A stretch of 34,097 bases of DNA from an uncultured Candidatus Saccharibacteria bacterium (GTDB lineage: Bacteria; Patescibacteriota; Minisyncoccia; UBA6257; JAKLIH01): contig CAZYWI010000001.1 of the NCBI GenBank assembly GCA_964651585.1, forward strand, positions 1 to 34,097. The letters run 5' to 3'. Positions 10,769 through 19,999 of the stretch are shown in pieces. How positions within the stretch are numbered: position 1 is the first letter of the stretch; every line of letters starts with the position of its first letter. The notes under the pieces were generated by a model, which did no database searches, was not told the origin of the DNA, and was given only the letters and a program-made list of their open reading frames with translations. A program made the position numbers and the translations under genes.

Positions 10769-11354
10769 TTTCTATTTTTTGATTTATTTTATTAGAGTCT
10801 TTAAAATTTTTATATTTATTACTTAATAATATGAAAGCTTTATTTAAAGATTTCGCATTATTTATTACATTATGTGAGTTACCTAAAACCTTAGTAGTAA
10901 TATTTTTAATACCTGTTAAATTAAGAATTTCTCTAATAACACCGCCCGCGATAATGCCTTTGCCTTCTTTAGCTGGTTTCAAAATAATTTCGCTGGCCGA
11001 ATATTTAGCGGCTATTTCAAAGGGAATGGTGTCATTTTTAACAAGAGGAATGGTAATTAAATGCTTAAGAGCATCCTTTTTTGCCTTATCAATAGATTGC
11101 GATACATCTGCGCCTTTCGCCATACCTAATCCTATTTTATCGCGATGATTGCCAACTGCCATAGTGGTTCTGAACGATAATTTTTTACCACCGCCAGTAA
11201 CTCTTGCTACCCTTTTAATTTCTAAAATCACTTCGTCAAAGTCAGATTCAACAGAATGTTTTAGATCCCGACTTTTATCTAAACCTTTAGGTCTTTTAAA
11301 ATTTTTTTCCTCTTTATCATTAGAATGATTGTTTGTTGTATTTCTTGCTTTCAT
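10737..11354 (-). CDS. rpsE: 30S ribosomal protein S5 (N- and C-terminally extended)
   Basis: 205 aa with S5 core VARVTGGGKKLSFRTTMAVGN..GKGIIAGG. It is followed directly by rplO with no L30 gene between them. Confidence 0.93.
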   Translation of the reverse strand: MKARNTTNNHSNDKEEKNFKRPKGLDKSRDLKHSVESDFDEVILEIKRVARVTGGGKKLSFRTTMAVGNHRDKIGLGMAKGADVSQSIDKAKKDALKHLITIPLVKNDTIPFEIAAKYSASEIILKPAKEGKGIIAGGVIREILNLTGIKNITTKVLGNSHNVINNAKSLNKAFILLSNKYKNFKDSNKINQKIENANTQSEASS

Positions 11355-11356
11355 AT

Positions 11357-11716
11357 TTAAAATTTTATTCCTCCTTCTCTTAAACCCTCGGCTAATGCCT
11401 TTACTCGGCCTTGATATTTATAACCGCCCCTATCAAAAACAATAGTTGTAATATTGCTCTCTTTCATTCTTTGAGCCAATAGCTTTCCCAACTCTTTAGC
11501 TTTTTGTGTTTTTGTTTGCTTATTATTTTTTAATTCTTTTTCAAAAGCAGAGGCCAATGTCTGCTGACCGATATCATCAATTACTTGAGCATAAATATAT
11601 TTATTGGAACGAAATACAGAAAGTCGGGGTTTTTCTTTTGTCCCTTTAATTTTTGTTCTAATTTTTTTATGAATCCTTTCGCGTCGTTTTCGCTTAATTT
11701 GTTGAATATTAGTCAT
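11357..11716 (-). CDS. rplR: 50S ribosomal protein L18
   Basis: 119 aa, RLSVFRSNKYIYAQVIDD..FDRGGYKYQGRVKALAEGLREGG. Confidence 0.95.
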   Translation of the reverse strand: MTNIQQIKRKRRERIHKKIRTKIKGTKEKPRLSVFRSNKYIYAQVIDDIGQQTLASAFEKELKNNKQTKTQKAKELGKLLAQRMKESNITTIVFDRGGYKYQGRVKALAEGLREGGIKF

Positions 11717-11749
11717 ACAGTAAGCAGTTTAAATTATAAAATTTAAAAA

Positions 11750-12298
11750 TTATGTTGATGAGGCACCACCTACTTTCTTTCCGACCTTATGAATTACTTT
11801 TTCATCGCTATAGCGAATACCCTTACCTGAATAAGGATTGATCTTCCTCTGGTGTCTTACTAAGGCGCTAAAATCCCCAACCGCTTGTTTAGAAATACCA
11901 GAAATACTTATAGTATTTTTTTCTACTTTTACTTCTAAACCCTCTGGTATCTCTAGAGAAACCGGATTACAAAAACCAATATTTAGAATAATCTGGTTTC
12001 CTTTCACTTCGGCTTTGTACCCTATTCCTTGAATTTCTAATTTTTTTTCAAAGCCCTGAGAAACACCAATAATAATATTATTCAGTAGGGCTCTTAAAGT
12101 ACCTCAAGAGGCTTTATCAACGTCATCAGCCTTTATAGGGGTTACCAATAATTCGTTATTTTTCTGGTTAACAACAAAACCGCGAGGAATTGATAAAGAT
12201 AAAGTTCCCTTTGGCCCTGTGGTAATTACTTGATTATTTTCTATTTGTACTACTACATTTTCTGGAATAGTAATGGCTTTTTTCCCAATTTTAGACAT
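11750..12298 (-). CDS. rplF: 50S ribosomal protein L6
   Basis: 182 aa. ORFs 12104..12298 and 11750..12007 join through TGA at 12104 (..DKAS-W-GTLRALLNNIIIGVSQGF..). Confidence 0.93.
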
Positions 12299-12318
12299 AA
12301 ACGATTATTTAATAAATA

Positions 12319-12711
12319 TTAATAGATTTCAAATAAAACCTCTCCTCCTAAATGCATCTTTTTGGCCTGTTTATTGGTCATAATACCTTGAGGGGTGGAA
12401 ATAATAATACTACCAAAACCCTTTTTATAAGGGTGAATTTCTGTATTTTTGATATAAATTCTTCGCGAGGGTTTAGAAATACGTTTAACATCACTAATAA
12501 ATGGCGTTCTATCGGCGTTATATTTCAAAACCACTTCTAAATTGTGCTTTGAACCTTTACCAATTTCTGTAAAATTTTCTATATATCCCTCTTGTTTTAA
12601 AACTTGTAAAATTTCCTTTTTCAATTTTGAATAAGGTATAATGACAACAGTTTTTTCTGATAATCCAGCATTTTTTATTCTAATAAGCATATCAGCTATG
12701 GGATCGGTCAT
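12319..12711 (-). CDS. rpsH: 30S ribosomal protein S8
   Basis: 130 aa, MTDPIADMLIRIKNA..GGEVLFEIY. Confidence 0.96.
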   Translation of the reverse strand: MTDPIADMLIRIKNAGLSEKTVVIIPYSKLKKEILQVLKQEGYIENFTEIGKGSKHNLEVVLKYNADRTPFISDVKRISKPSRRIYIKNTEIHPYKKGFGSIIISTPQGIMTNKQAKKMHLGGEVLFEIY

Positions 12712-12758
12712 AAAAATAATTTAAACAATTTATAATTATTTATGGGTACTTTAAAAAT

Positions 12759-12944
12759 TTATCAGCTTGATTTCTTGACACCGGGAATTTCGCCTTTTGA
12801 AGATAACTCTCGAAAACAAATACGGCAAAGCCCGAAATCTCTCATATAGCCTCTCTTTCGACCACAACGAGAGCAACGTCTTACAATGCGGCTAGAATAT
12901 TTAGGGGTTTTTTTTGCTTTTGCAATAATAGATTTTTTTGCCAT
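12759..12944 (-). CDS. rpsN: 30S ribosomal protein S14, Zn-ribbon (type Z) form
   Basis: 61 aa with CSRCG..CRICFRE. The track ORF ends at TGA 12762, but S14 canonically ends ..KKASW. Read as Trp, the protein ends KKSSW, followed by TAA at 12759. Confidence 0.93.
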
Positions 12945-12993
12945 AAAAATTAATCTTAATTTAAAGCTTTATCATAATTATGAGGGTTTTTAA

Positions 12994-13551
12994 CTATTTT
13001 GCCAAGGGAAAACCTAGGAGTTCAAACAGTTTAATAGCTTCTTCCTGGTTTTTAGTATTAGTTACAAAAGTAACTTCAATACCAAAAGGAATTTTTATTG
13101 TTTCACCAGAAACCTCGGGAAAAGCATTAATATCTTTTAGACCTATGGTAAGATTGCCTCTCTTATCAAAATGTTTTTTAGAAATACCCCAGAAATCACG
13201 AGTTCTCGGCAGAACAATATTAACAAACTTATCGATAAAGTCAACCATTCTTTTATCCCTTAGGGTTACACTAAAGCCAATAATCATACCCTCCCTAATT
13301 TTAAATGAGGCAATTGAATTTTTAGCGGCACATTTTTTTGGCGTTTGTCCTGTAATTTCAGCTAACTTTTCACTAATATTTTTTTCAATCTCTTCACTTT
13401 TAGATCCTTCAGCGGTTACTAATTTACCAATACCGCTATTAATAACTACTTTTACAATGCGAGGCACTGCTAACTTTCCTTTTTTGCCTTGATTTTTCTG
13501 GAAAAAAGGAACAACTAACTTTTCATAATTTTCCTTATAAGAAATTTTCAT
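12994..13551 (-). CDS. rplE: 50S ribosomal protein L5
   Basis: 185 aa intact ORF in the L5 position, with typical core motifs. TAG stop. Confidence 0.95.
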   Translation of the reverse strand: MKISYKENYEKLVVPFFQKNQGKKGKLAVPRIVKVVINSGIGKLVTAEGSKSEEIEKNISEKLAEITGQTPKKCAAKNSIASFKIREGMIIGFSVTLRDKRMVDFIDKFVNIVLPRTRDFWGISKKHFDKRGNLTIGLKDINAFPEVSGETIKIPFGIEVTFVTNTKNQEEAIKLFELLGFPLAK

Positions 13552-13583
13552 AAAACTTATTTAAATAAAAGAGAATATTCTTG

Positions 13584-13904
13584 TTAAATTTTTGCCTGAC
13601 ATTTTTTACAAACTCGCTGTTTAATTTCTTTATTGTTTTTATTTTTTTCGATGATAAAGCCGACGCGCGTAGGTTTACCACACTTAGGACAAAGAAGCAT
13701 TACATTAGAAGCAGCAATTGCTTTTGATAAAACTAAGATCTCCCCTTTTTCTCCTTCTTTTCTTGGTTTTCTGTGCTTTTTATAAGTATTGATACCTTCA
13801 ATTAATACTTTATTTTCTTTGGGAAAAGAACGTGAGACAATCCCAGTTTTACCTCGATCTTTGCCTTTAATAACTTTTACTTTATCACCTTTTTTAATTT
13901 TCAT
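13584..13904 (-). CDS. rplX: 50S ribosomal protein L24 (with C-terminal CxxC..CxxC)
   Basis: 106 aa. The KOW N-terminus is MKIKKGDKVKVIKGKDRGKTG. The C-terminus is CPKCGKPTRVGF..CKKC. Confidence 0.93.
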   Translation of the reverse strand: MKIKKGDKVKVIKGKDRGKTGIVSRSFPKENKVLIEGINTYKKHRKPRKEGEKGEILVLSKAIAASNVMLLCPKCGKPTRVGFIIEKNKNNKEIKQRVCKKCQAKI

Positions 13905-13925
13905 ACCGAATTTTTATTGTTTAGT

Positions 13926-14294
13926 TTATACTAATTCTGGACCCAATTCTATAATTTTATTATAGCCTCTTTCTTTAATTTCGCGAGGGACTGGACCCAA
14001 AATACGCGTACCCACTGGCTCCAATTTATCATTAACAATGACCACTGCATTCTCGTCGAACTTAATATAAGTACCATTTTTTCTTTTAAAATTGCGACGC
14101 TGTCTAATAATAACTGCCTTAACTACATCTTTCTTTTTAACCGCTTTTCTTGGTTTGGCCACTTGTACAGAAGCAATAATAAGATCACCTATTTGACCAT
14201 AACGACGATAAGATCCGGGCTTAATCTGAATGCATCTTACTATTTGGGCCCCACTATTATCGGCGACTTTTAATAAAGAACGTGCTTGAATCAT
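13926..14294 (-). CDS. rplN: 50S ribosomal protein L14
   Basis: 122 aa, MIQARSLLKVADNSGA.. Confidence 0.97.
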   Translation of the reverse strand: MIQARSLLKVADNSGAQIVRCIQIKPGSYRRYGQIGDLIIASVQVAKPRKAVKKKDVVKAVIIRQRRNFKRKNGTYIKFDENAVVIVNDKLEPVGTRILGPVPREIKERGYNKIIELGPELV

Positions 14295-14356
14295 ATTTAT
14301 ATTTATTTATATAATATTACACTAAAATCAAATAAATTTCAAGAGCTAATTTGATT

Positions 14357-14608
14357 TTATATCTTCTTAATAATTATTCATCTTTTTTCCTTAGAAAGAG
14401 GTCTTGTTTCTTCTATAATAACTCTATCGCCTAAATGATATTGATTTTGAGGATTATGAGCTTTAAATGATTTTAGGGTTTTATAATATTTTTTGTAAAG
14501 AGGATGTTTTTTAAGGCGACTTACTTGAACAACACAAGTTTGATTCATCTTATCAGAAATTATTATTCCCTTTAATTGTCTTTTTATTTTTGTCTCGGTA
14601 TTATCCAT
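14357..14608 (-). CDS. rpsQ: 30S ribosomal protein S17
   Basis: 83 aa. The ORF continues through TGA at 14378 (..RPLSKEKR-W-IIIKKI) to TAA at 14357. This Trp is conserved in S17 (E. coli KTKSW). Confidence 0.93.
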
Positions 14609-14669
14609 ATTTTATAAAAATTATATTTTTCTTTATCTTAAAACTAGCTTTATATTAAATTATATTAAA

Positions 14670-14876
14670 TTAGGCTGATTTTTGTTTCATAAATGTTAAA
14701 ATGCGAGCTATATCTTTTTTAAGTTCTTTGATAATGTTGGAGTTTTTAATTTTGCCCATTTTAACGTCAAATTCTGTTTTTAGTAATTGAATTCTTTTTT
14801 CGTTTAGCAATTGAGCTAACTCGTCTTTGCTTTTTGCTTTAAGCTCTTTTATTTCTTTAACTTTCATAATATTCAA
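14670..14876 (-). CDS. rpmC: 50S ribosomal protein L29
   Basis: 68 aa in the position between rplP and rpsQ, with the helical L29 pattern (ELKAKSKDELAQLLNEKRIQL). Confidence 0.9.
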   Translation of the reverse strand: MNIMKVKEIKELKAKSKDELAQLLNEKRIQLLKTEFDVKMGKIKNSNIIKELKKDIARILTFMKQKSA

Positions 14877-14877
14877 A

Positions 14878-15288
14878 TTAAGATTTAACTATTTTTGTTT
14901 TAAAGGGAAGTTTAAAGCTTGCCTGTTTTAAAGCCTCCACAGCTTTTTCTCCTGATATTCCATCAATTTCAAAAATAATTCTTCCGGGTTTTACAGGAAA
15001 AGCATAATGATCAACATCACCTTTGCCGCCACCCATTGTAACTTCAGGGGGTTTTTTAGTGATTGGTTTATCAGGAAAAACTCTAATCCAAATTTTACCT
15101 CCCTTTTGAATATAGCGCAATAGCACTCGCCTGCTCGCTTCCAGTTGACGACTAGTAAGACGTGCGGATTCTAAGGCTTTTAGTCCAAATGATCCATATT
15201 CTAAATTGACGCCCCGGCTTTCAAAAGTGCGACTTCTAGATCTTCCTTTTTGACTCTTTCTATATTTTGTTTTTTTAGGAACTAACAT
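14878..15288 (-). CDS. rplP: 50S ribosomal protein L16
   Basis: 136 aa, [16 protein letters not shown].. Confidence 0.96.
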   Translation of the reverse strand: MLVPKKTKYRKSQKGRSRSRTFESRGVNLEYGSFGLKALESARLTSRQLEASRRVLLRYIQKGGKIWIRVFPDKPITKKPPEVTMGGGKGDVDHYAFPVKPGRIIFEIDGISGEKAVEALKQASFKLPFKTKIVKS

Positions 15289-15349
15289 ATTTTCTTATTT
15301 ATTAATGATTTATTTAGTCTGATTCTTAACTTTAACAGCTATTTTTGTG

Positions 15350-16027
15350 CTATTTTGATTTACTTTGACTAAAAACATCGCCTTTATAGATTCAAACTTT
15401 GATACCAACGGTGCCATAGGTGCAATGCGCTGTTGCTGTACCATAATCAATATTACTTCTCAAAGTATTAAGGGGCAATTTTCCGTCTTTAACAAAATCA
15501 TCACGACGATTTTCTGAACCATCCAAACGACCAGAAACTAAAATTTTTGCTCCTTTTACTTCGCGGTTAGCCATAATACGTTCTAAATATTTTTTAATCG
15601 TACTACGATAAGGCATTCTTCTCTCAATATCATCAGCAATTTCAAAAGCAACTATTTGACTATAAGCAAATGGCTTTCTAATCTCCTCAATATTTAAAGA
15701 GATATTGAAAGTATCAGGTAAATGATTCTTTTTGCGATATTTTGCTACGGTATTAGATACTACTCTTTTAATTTCATCCAAACCTTCTCCTCCATGTTTG
15801 ATAATAATGCCGGGTTTAGCGGTATAAATAGTAATATTAATTTTATCACCCTTCCTTTCTATTTCGATGCTTTGATAATGGGCTTTTTGAAGCAATTTAT
15901 CTAAAGTCTTTCTAATCAAAAGATCTTCTTCTAATTTTTGTGGTAAGGCTTTCATATCAAATCAACGCGAACTTCAGGTTTTGTTAATGCCTAATCTTTT
16001 TGCTATGGGATTAATTTTTTGTGCCAT
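15350..16027 (-). CDS. rpsC: 30S ribosomal protein S3
   Basis: 225 aa. Starts [24 protein letters not shown] with TGA at 15974 and 15962, both on conserved S3 Trp positions. TGA at 15392 gives GIKV-W-IYKG. TAG stop at 15350. Confidence 0.95.
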
Positions 16028-16076
16028 AATAATTATTAATTTTATTTATTTTAGAAATGTTTTTGAATATTACTAA

Positions 16077-16589
16077 CTAGCCGATAACTTTTCGTTGAAT
16101 TATTTTCTTTGACTGTGCCTTAGTCGCTTTCACATTAACTCTTTTCGATTGCTGAGACTTTTTATTTACTTTCTGAGTATACACTTTTTGTTTTTTGCGA
16201 CCCTCTTTTTTTATCTGACTTTCTGCTTTCAAAGGCTCTAATTCTTTTTCTTGAGGTTCACGCTCCTCTAAAATTATATCAACATGAGAGAGACGATGTC
16301 TTATAACATTAGCTGATCCTCGAGCTCGGGGAAACATTCTTTTCAACATCGGGCCTTGATTAACAGTAATATTTTTTATATAAAGTTTTGCTGGATCTAT
16401 TTGAAAATTATGAGTTGCATTAGCAGCGGCTGACTTTAATAATTTCAAAAGAGGATCACTGGAACGACGTTTCAAATGTTTTAATTGAGCTTCTGCTCCT
16501 TCCAATGACATTCCTTTGATTAAATCAGCAACTGCCCTTACTTTTCTGGGCGCGATTTTTAAATATTTTATTGATGCCTTGATTTCCAT
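16077..16589 (-). CDS. rplV: 50S ribosomal protein L22 (about 55-aa Lys-rich C-terminal extension)
   Basis: 170 aa. The L22 core is YLKIAPRKVRAVADLIKG..HVDIILEE, followed by a K/Q-rich tail. TAG stop. Confidence 0.93.
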   Translation of the reverse strand: MEIKASIKYLKIAPRKVRAVADLIKGMSLEGAEAQLKHLKRRSSDPLLKLLKSAAANATHNFQIDPAKLYIKNITVNQGPMLKRMFPRARGSANVIRHRLSHVDIILEEREPQEKELEPLKAESQIKKEGRKKQKVYTQKVNKKSQQSKRVNVKATKAQSKKIIQRKVIG

Positions 16590-16615
16590 AATTAATTCAG
16601 TTATTAATTCAGTTA

Positions 16616-16921
16616 TTATTTGCCAGGAGTTGCTCGAGCACCTCCTTTTTCTACTGCTCTCTGCAATTTTCCTCCGTGTTTAATAAATTTTCTTGTTGGA
16701 GCAAATTCACCTAACCTATGCCCTACCATTTCTTCAGTAATTTCCACATTAATAAAATTTTTGCCGTTATAAACACTAAAAACAAATCCGACCATTTCTG
16801 GAGAAATCATACAGGCGCGATTTCATGTTTTAATAGGAGTTTTATCGCCTGGTTTTAATTTACTTATTTTTTTTAATAGTTTTTCATCTATGTAAGGACC
16901 TTTTTTAAGAGAACGAGACAT
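16616..16921 (-). CDS. rpsS: 30S ribosomal protein S19
   Basis: 101 aa. [23 protein letters not shown] with TGA at 16823 on the conserved T-W-SR Trp. Confidence 0.95.
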
Positions 16922-16947
16922 AATATAAAATTAGATATTTAATTATT

Positions 16948-17781
16948 TTATTTCTTTTTATGAGAAGGACGACGCGAAACTATAACTTTATCAGAATATT
17001 TACCTTTTTTTCTTGTCTTATGGCCGCCAGTAATATTACCTCAGATATCTTTAGGCCTTTTGGTGCCCCTGGGTGATTTGCCCCTACCACCTCCATAAGG
17101 ATGATCTGGCGGATTCATAGCCGAACCTCTTACTGTCGGACGAACTCCTAAATGTCGAGTCCTGCCAGCCTTACCCAATTGTATCAAACTATGTTCAGGG
17201 TTGGAAAGATTACCAATGGAAGCGTAACATTCATTTAGTATTTTTCTTATTTCGCCAGAAGGCATTTTTATATAAGTGTATTTTCCTTCCTGGCCTGTAA
17301 CTTCAGCATAAGAACCTGCACTACGAGCAATTTTTCCTCCTTTTAAAGGTGTGATTTCAATATTATAAACCTGGGTAGCATTGGGAATATTTTTTAGTTT
17401 TAATCTATTGCCTATTTTAATAGGAGTTTTTTCATCACAAATAATTTTATCACCTGGTTTTAAACTTTGAGGCATTAAAATATAAGATCTTTTTCCGTTC
17501 TGATAACACACTAAGGCAATAAAGGCACTTCTAAATGGGTCGTATTCAATACGTTCAATCTTTCCTTCGAGACCAAGATTTTCTTCTCCAAAACAAACGT
17601 GGCGATACAATTTTTTGCTACCACCCCCTTTATGACGAACGGTAATTCTTCCCTGAGATCTACCTTTTTGCCTTTTTTTATAAGATACTAAAGACTTTAA
17701 GGGTTTTTCCTTGGATAGATCATCTCTTGAGATATCAATATGGTGTCTTTTACTGGGTGTTATTGGTTTGTTCTTTTTCAT
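16948..17781 (-). CDS. rplB: 50S ribosomal protein L2
   Basis: 277 aa. ORF 17041..17781 continues through TGA at 17041 (..RPKDI-W-GNITGGHKTRKKGKYSDKVIVSRR) to TAA at 16948. Confidence 0.96.
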
Positions 17782-17801
17782 AAATTAAATTAACTTTAAT
17801 T

Positions 17802-18185
17802 CTAAATATTAAACTCTATTTTATGCCCTTCTTTTAAGGTTACCACAGCTTTTTTCATCGGCTTCTTCTGAAAGGTTTTTTGTCTAAATGCTTTTGGCGA
17901 AAAAAATTTTTTACCCATATTAACGTCCTGAACTTTAACATTATAAAAATGCTCAATGAATTTTTTCACTTCTGGTTTATTGGCATTTTGAGAAACTAAA
18001 AAAGTATACTTATTAAAGCCCTGGCTCTGAGTAGCTTTTTCTGAAATTAAAGGCTGGCAAGCAAAAAACTTATTCGTTGATATTTTAATATTTTTGCTTG
18101 CTACCTTATTTTTTGAAACTTCAGTATCCTTTTTCTCAACGGCTTGGTTTTTTTTGTTTGTTTTTTTAGTAAATAAGCTTGGCAT
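17802..18185 (-). CDS. rplW: 50S ribosomal protein L23 (about 45-aa N-terminal extension)
   Basis: 127 aa. The L23 core is PLISEKATQSQGFNKYTFLVSQNANKPEVKKFIEHFYNVKV. There is no internal Met before the core. TAG stop. Confidence 0.9.
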   Translation of the reverse strand: MPSLFTKKTNKKNQAVEKKDTEVSKNKVASKNIKISTNKFFACQPLISEKATQSQGFNKYTFLVSQNANKPEVKKFIEHFYNVKVQDVNMGKKFFSPKAFRQKTFQKKPMKKAVVTLKEGHKIEFNI

Positions 18186-18206
18186 AAAATAAATTTGAAT
18201 AATAAA

Positions 18207-18866
18207 TTAGGATTTGTTGATTGTACTAAATCTTTTTTCTAAATCCTTAAGACAATCTTTAAAGATAACAAAATTTTTGTAATTGAGTAGAGTTAAAATG
18301 TCTAAAGATGAAATTGTAGTCATATAAGCATAAGGTAAATTGCGACTATAGCGAATTAGCTCTTTTTTTTGATTTGGCACTACTATCAACACTTCCTTAT
18401 TGGTTTTCTTAAAGTTTGGTCTCGCAAATAGTTTAACAATTTTTTCCATTTCTTTTGTTTTAGTATTGGCTAGATTAATATCGTCAATAATAAAAAATTC
18501 ATTATCTTTAATTTTCTGGCTTAAAATCATCTCGAGAGCTTTAGTTTTGGCCTTTCTATTAATTTTCTTTTGAAAATTTTCTTCGTTTTGCCTGGGACCA
18601 AATGTGACACCTCCGTGTCGTCAAATCGGAGAACGCGTGGAACCAGCTCTCGCTCTTCCTGTACCTTTTTGGGATCAGGGTTTTCTACCGCCCCCACTAA
18701 CCTCACTCCTGTCTTTAGTATGAGCTAACGGTTGACGTCTATTGCTAAGTAGAGATGTATAAACTTGAAAAACGGTATCATTATTAAAGAGAATATCAAA
18801 ATATTGATCTTTAAGAACAACTTTATCTACAATTTCTTTTTTTTGATTATAAACTGGCAATTCCAT
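18207..18866 (-). CDS. rplD: 50S ribosomal protein L4
   Basis: 219 aa. ORFs 18675..18866 and 18207..18530 join through TGA at 18675 and 18621 ([34 protein letters not shown]). Both are conserved L4 Trp positions. Confidence 0.96.
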
Positions 18867-18919
18867 AAAGTAAATTTAATTTAATTTATTACCATTTAAG
18901 CTCTTCTTATAATTCTTTC

Positions 18920-19579
18920 CTACTTAGTAATTTTTAGTAAATCTCCGGGTTTACCTGGGACAGCGCCCCTCACAAAAAGTAGATTATGCTCTGGATCAAC
19001 ATCAATAACTTCGAGATTTTTAATAGTAATTTTATCTCCGCCAGTACGACCAGCCATTCTTGTTCCTTTAATAACTCTCTGAGGACCTTGAGCACCGATT
19101 GAACCTGGTTCTCGATGAGCGTGCTTTGTACCATGAGTTTTTGAAGCGCCACCAAAATGGTGACGTTTCACTACCCCTTGAAAGCCTTTAGATTTAGAGA
19201 CGCCCTCCACTTTTACCAAATCGCCTATTTTAAATTGAGACACATCTAAAATATCGCCAACTTTAAACTGAGATAAGTCTGTCGTCTCGAACTCTTTGAA
19301 ATACTTGAGCTTTTTTACCTCTTTTTCCTGGTTTTGATCTGAAGATTCCTCCGCTTCGTTTTCCTTAGAAAAAACTTTCTTAAGTAAACCCAAGCGGGGC
19401 TTTTTAATATGCTTTGATTCGTCAAAGCCAACTTGTACTGCATTGTAGCCATCCTTATCTTTTATTTTTATCTGGGTGACAATCACTGGGCCGGCTTCAA
19501 TTACTGTCACAGGAATAAAACCTGATTCCTTATCGGGAAGTTGGGTCATTTTTAATTTTTTTGCTAAAATAAAACTCAT
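18920..19579 (-). CDS. rplC: 50S ribosomal protein L3
   Basis: 219 aa with an L3 core and an acidic insertion (ENEAEESSDQNQEKE). TAG stop. Confidence 0.95.
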   Translation of the reverse strand: MSFILAKKLKMTQLPDKESGFIPVTVIEAGPVIVTQIKIKDKDGYNAVQVGFDESKHIKKPRLGLLKKVFSKENEAEESSDQNQEKEVKKLKYFKEFETTDLSQFKVGDILDVSQFKIGDLVKVEGVSKSKGFQGVVKRHHFGGASKTHGTKHAHREPGSIGAQGPQRVIKGTRMAGRTGGDKITIKNLEVIDVDPEHNLLFVRGAVPGKPGDLLKITK

Positions 19580-19599
19580 ACTTTTATTTATAAACTTTT

Positions 19600-19635
19600 C
19601 AAGAAAAAACTGAGATTTACCTCAGTTTTTTCTTG
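19600..19635 (-). promoter_or_regulatory. intercistronic hairpin between rpsJ and rplC (attenuator, terminator or processing element)
   Basis: Perfect 15-bp inverted repeat CAAGAAAAAACTGAG/CTCAGTTTTTTCTTG with a 6-nt loop. The inner CTGAG stem is followed by U6 on the minus-strand RNA. Confidence 0.45.
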
Positions 19636-19654
19636 AGACAAAACTCTAAATTAA

Positions 19655-19987
19655 TTAGGTCTTAATTTCGACTTCAACACCAGCGGGTAAATTAAGATTG
19701 GTAAGAGCTTCAATAATCTTCTGATTAGGATTTAGAATGTCAATTAAACGTTTGTGAATTCTGATTTCAAACTGTTCCTGAGATGTTTTTTTAACAAAAG
19801 TAGCTCTATTAACGGAATATTTTCTGATTTCTGTTGGCAATAAAATTGGTCCTACAACCTGACTGCCGTTTCTAATAATCAAATCTACTATTTGGCGGCA
19901 ACAATTATCAATAATATGATGGTCGTATGACTTTAATCTAACCCTAATCCTAGTTTTTTCCTTGTTCTCTAAGGTACTCAAAGCCAT
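19655..19987 (-). CDS. rpsJ: 30S ribosomal protein S10
   Basis: 110 aa, RIRVRLKSYDHHIIDN..VEVEIKT. It starts 12 nt after the tuf stop. Confidence 0.96.
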   Translation of the reverse strand: MALSTLENKEKTRIRVRLKSYDHHIIDNCCRQIVDLIIRNGSQVVGPILLPTEIRKYSVNRATFVKKTSQEQFEIRIHKRLIDILNPNQKIIEALTNLNLPAGVEVEIKT

Positions 19988-19999
19988 TATGAAAATTTA

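Noticed and set aside
11360-11385. GAAGGAGGAAT upstream of rpsE as a Shine-Dalgarno site.
   Set aside because: It lies 15 nt from the ATG, which is too far. It also encodes the conserved L18 C-terminus (EGLREGGIKF), and no other gene has such a motif.
12980-13492. Plus-strand ORFs antisense to conserved genes: 10831..11148, 11838..12032, 12352..12540, 12980..13492, 15722..15904, 20013..20207, 25678..25935, 26023..26253, 29040..29369.
   Set aside because: These are shadow ORFs opposite r-protein, tuf, gyrB and pheT coding sequence. They have no motifs, and every real gene here is on the minus strand.
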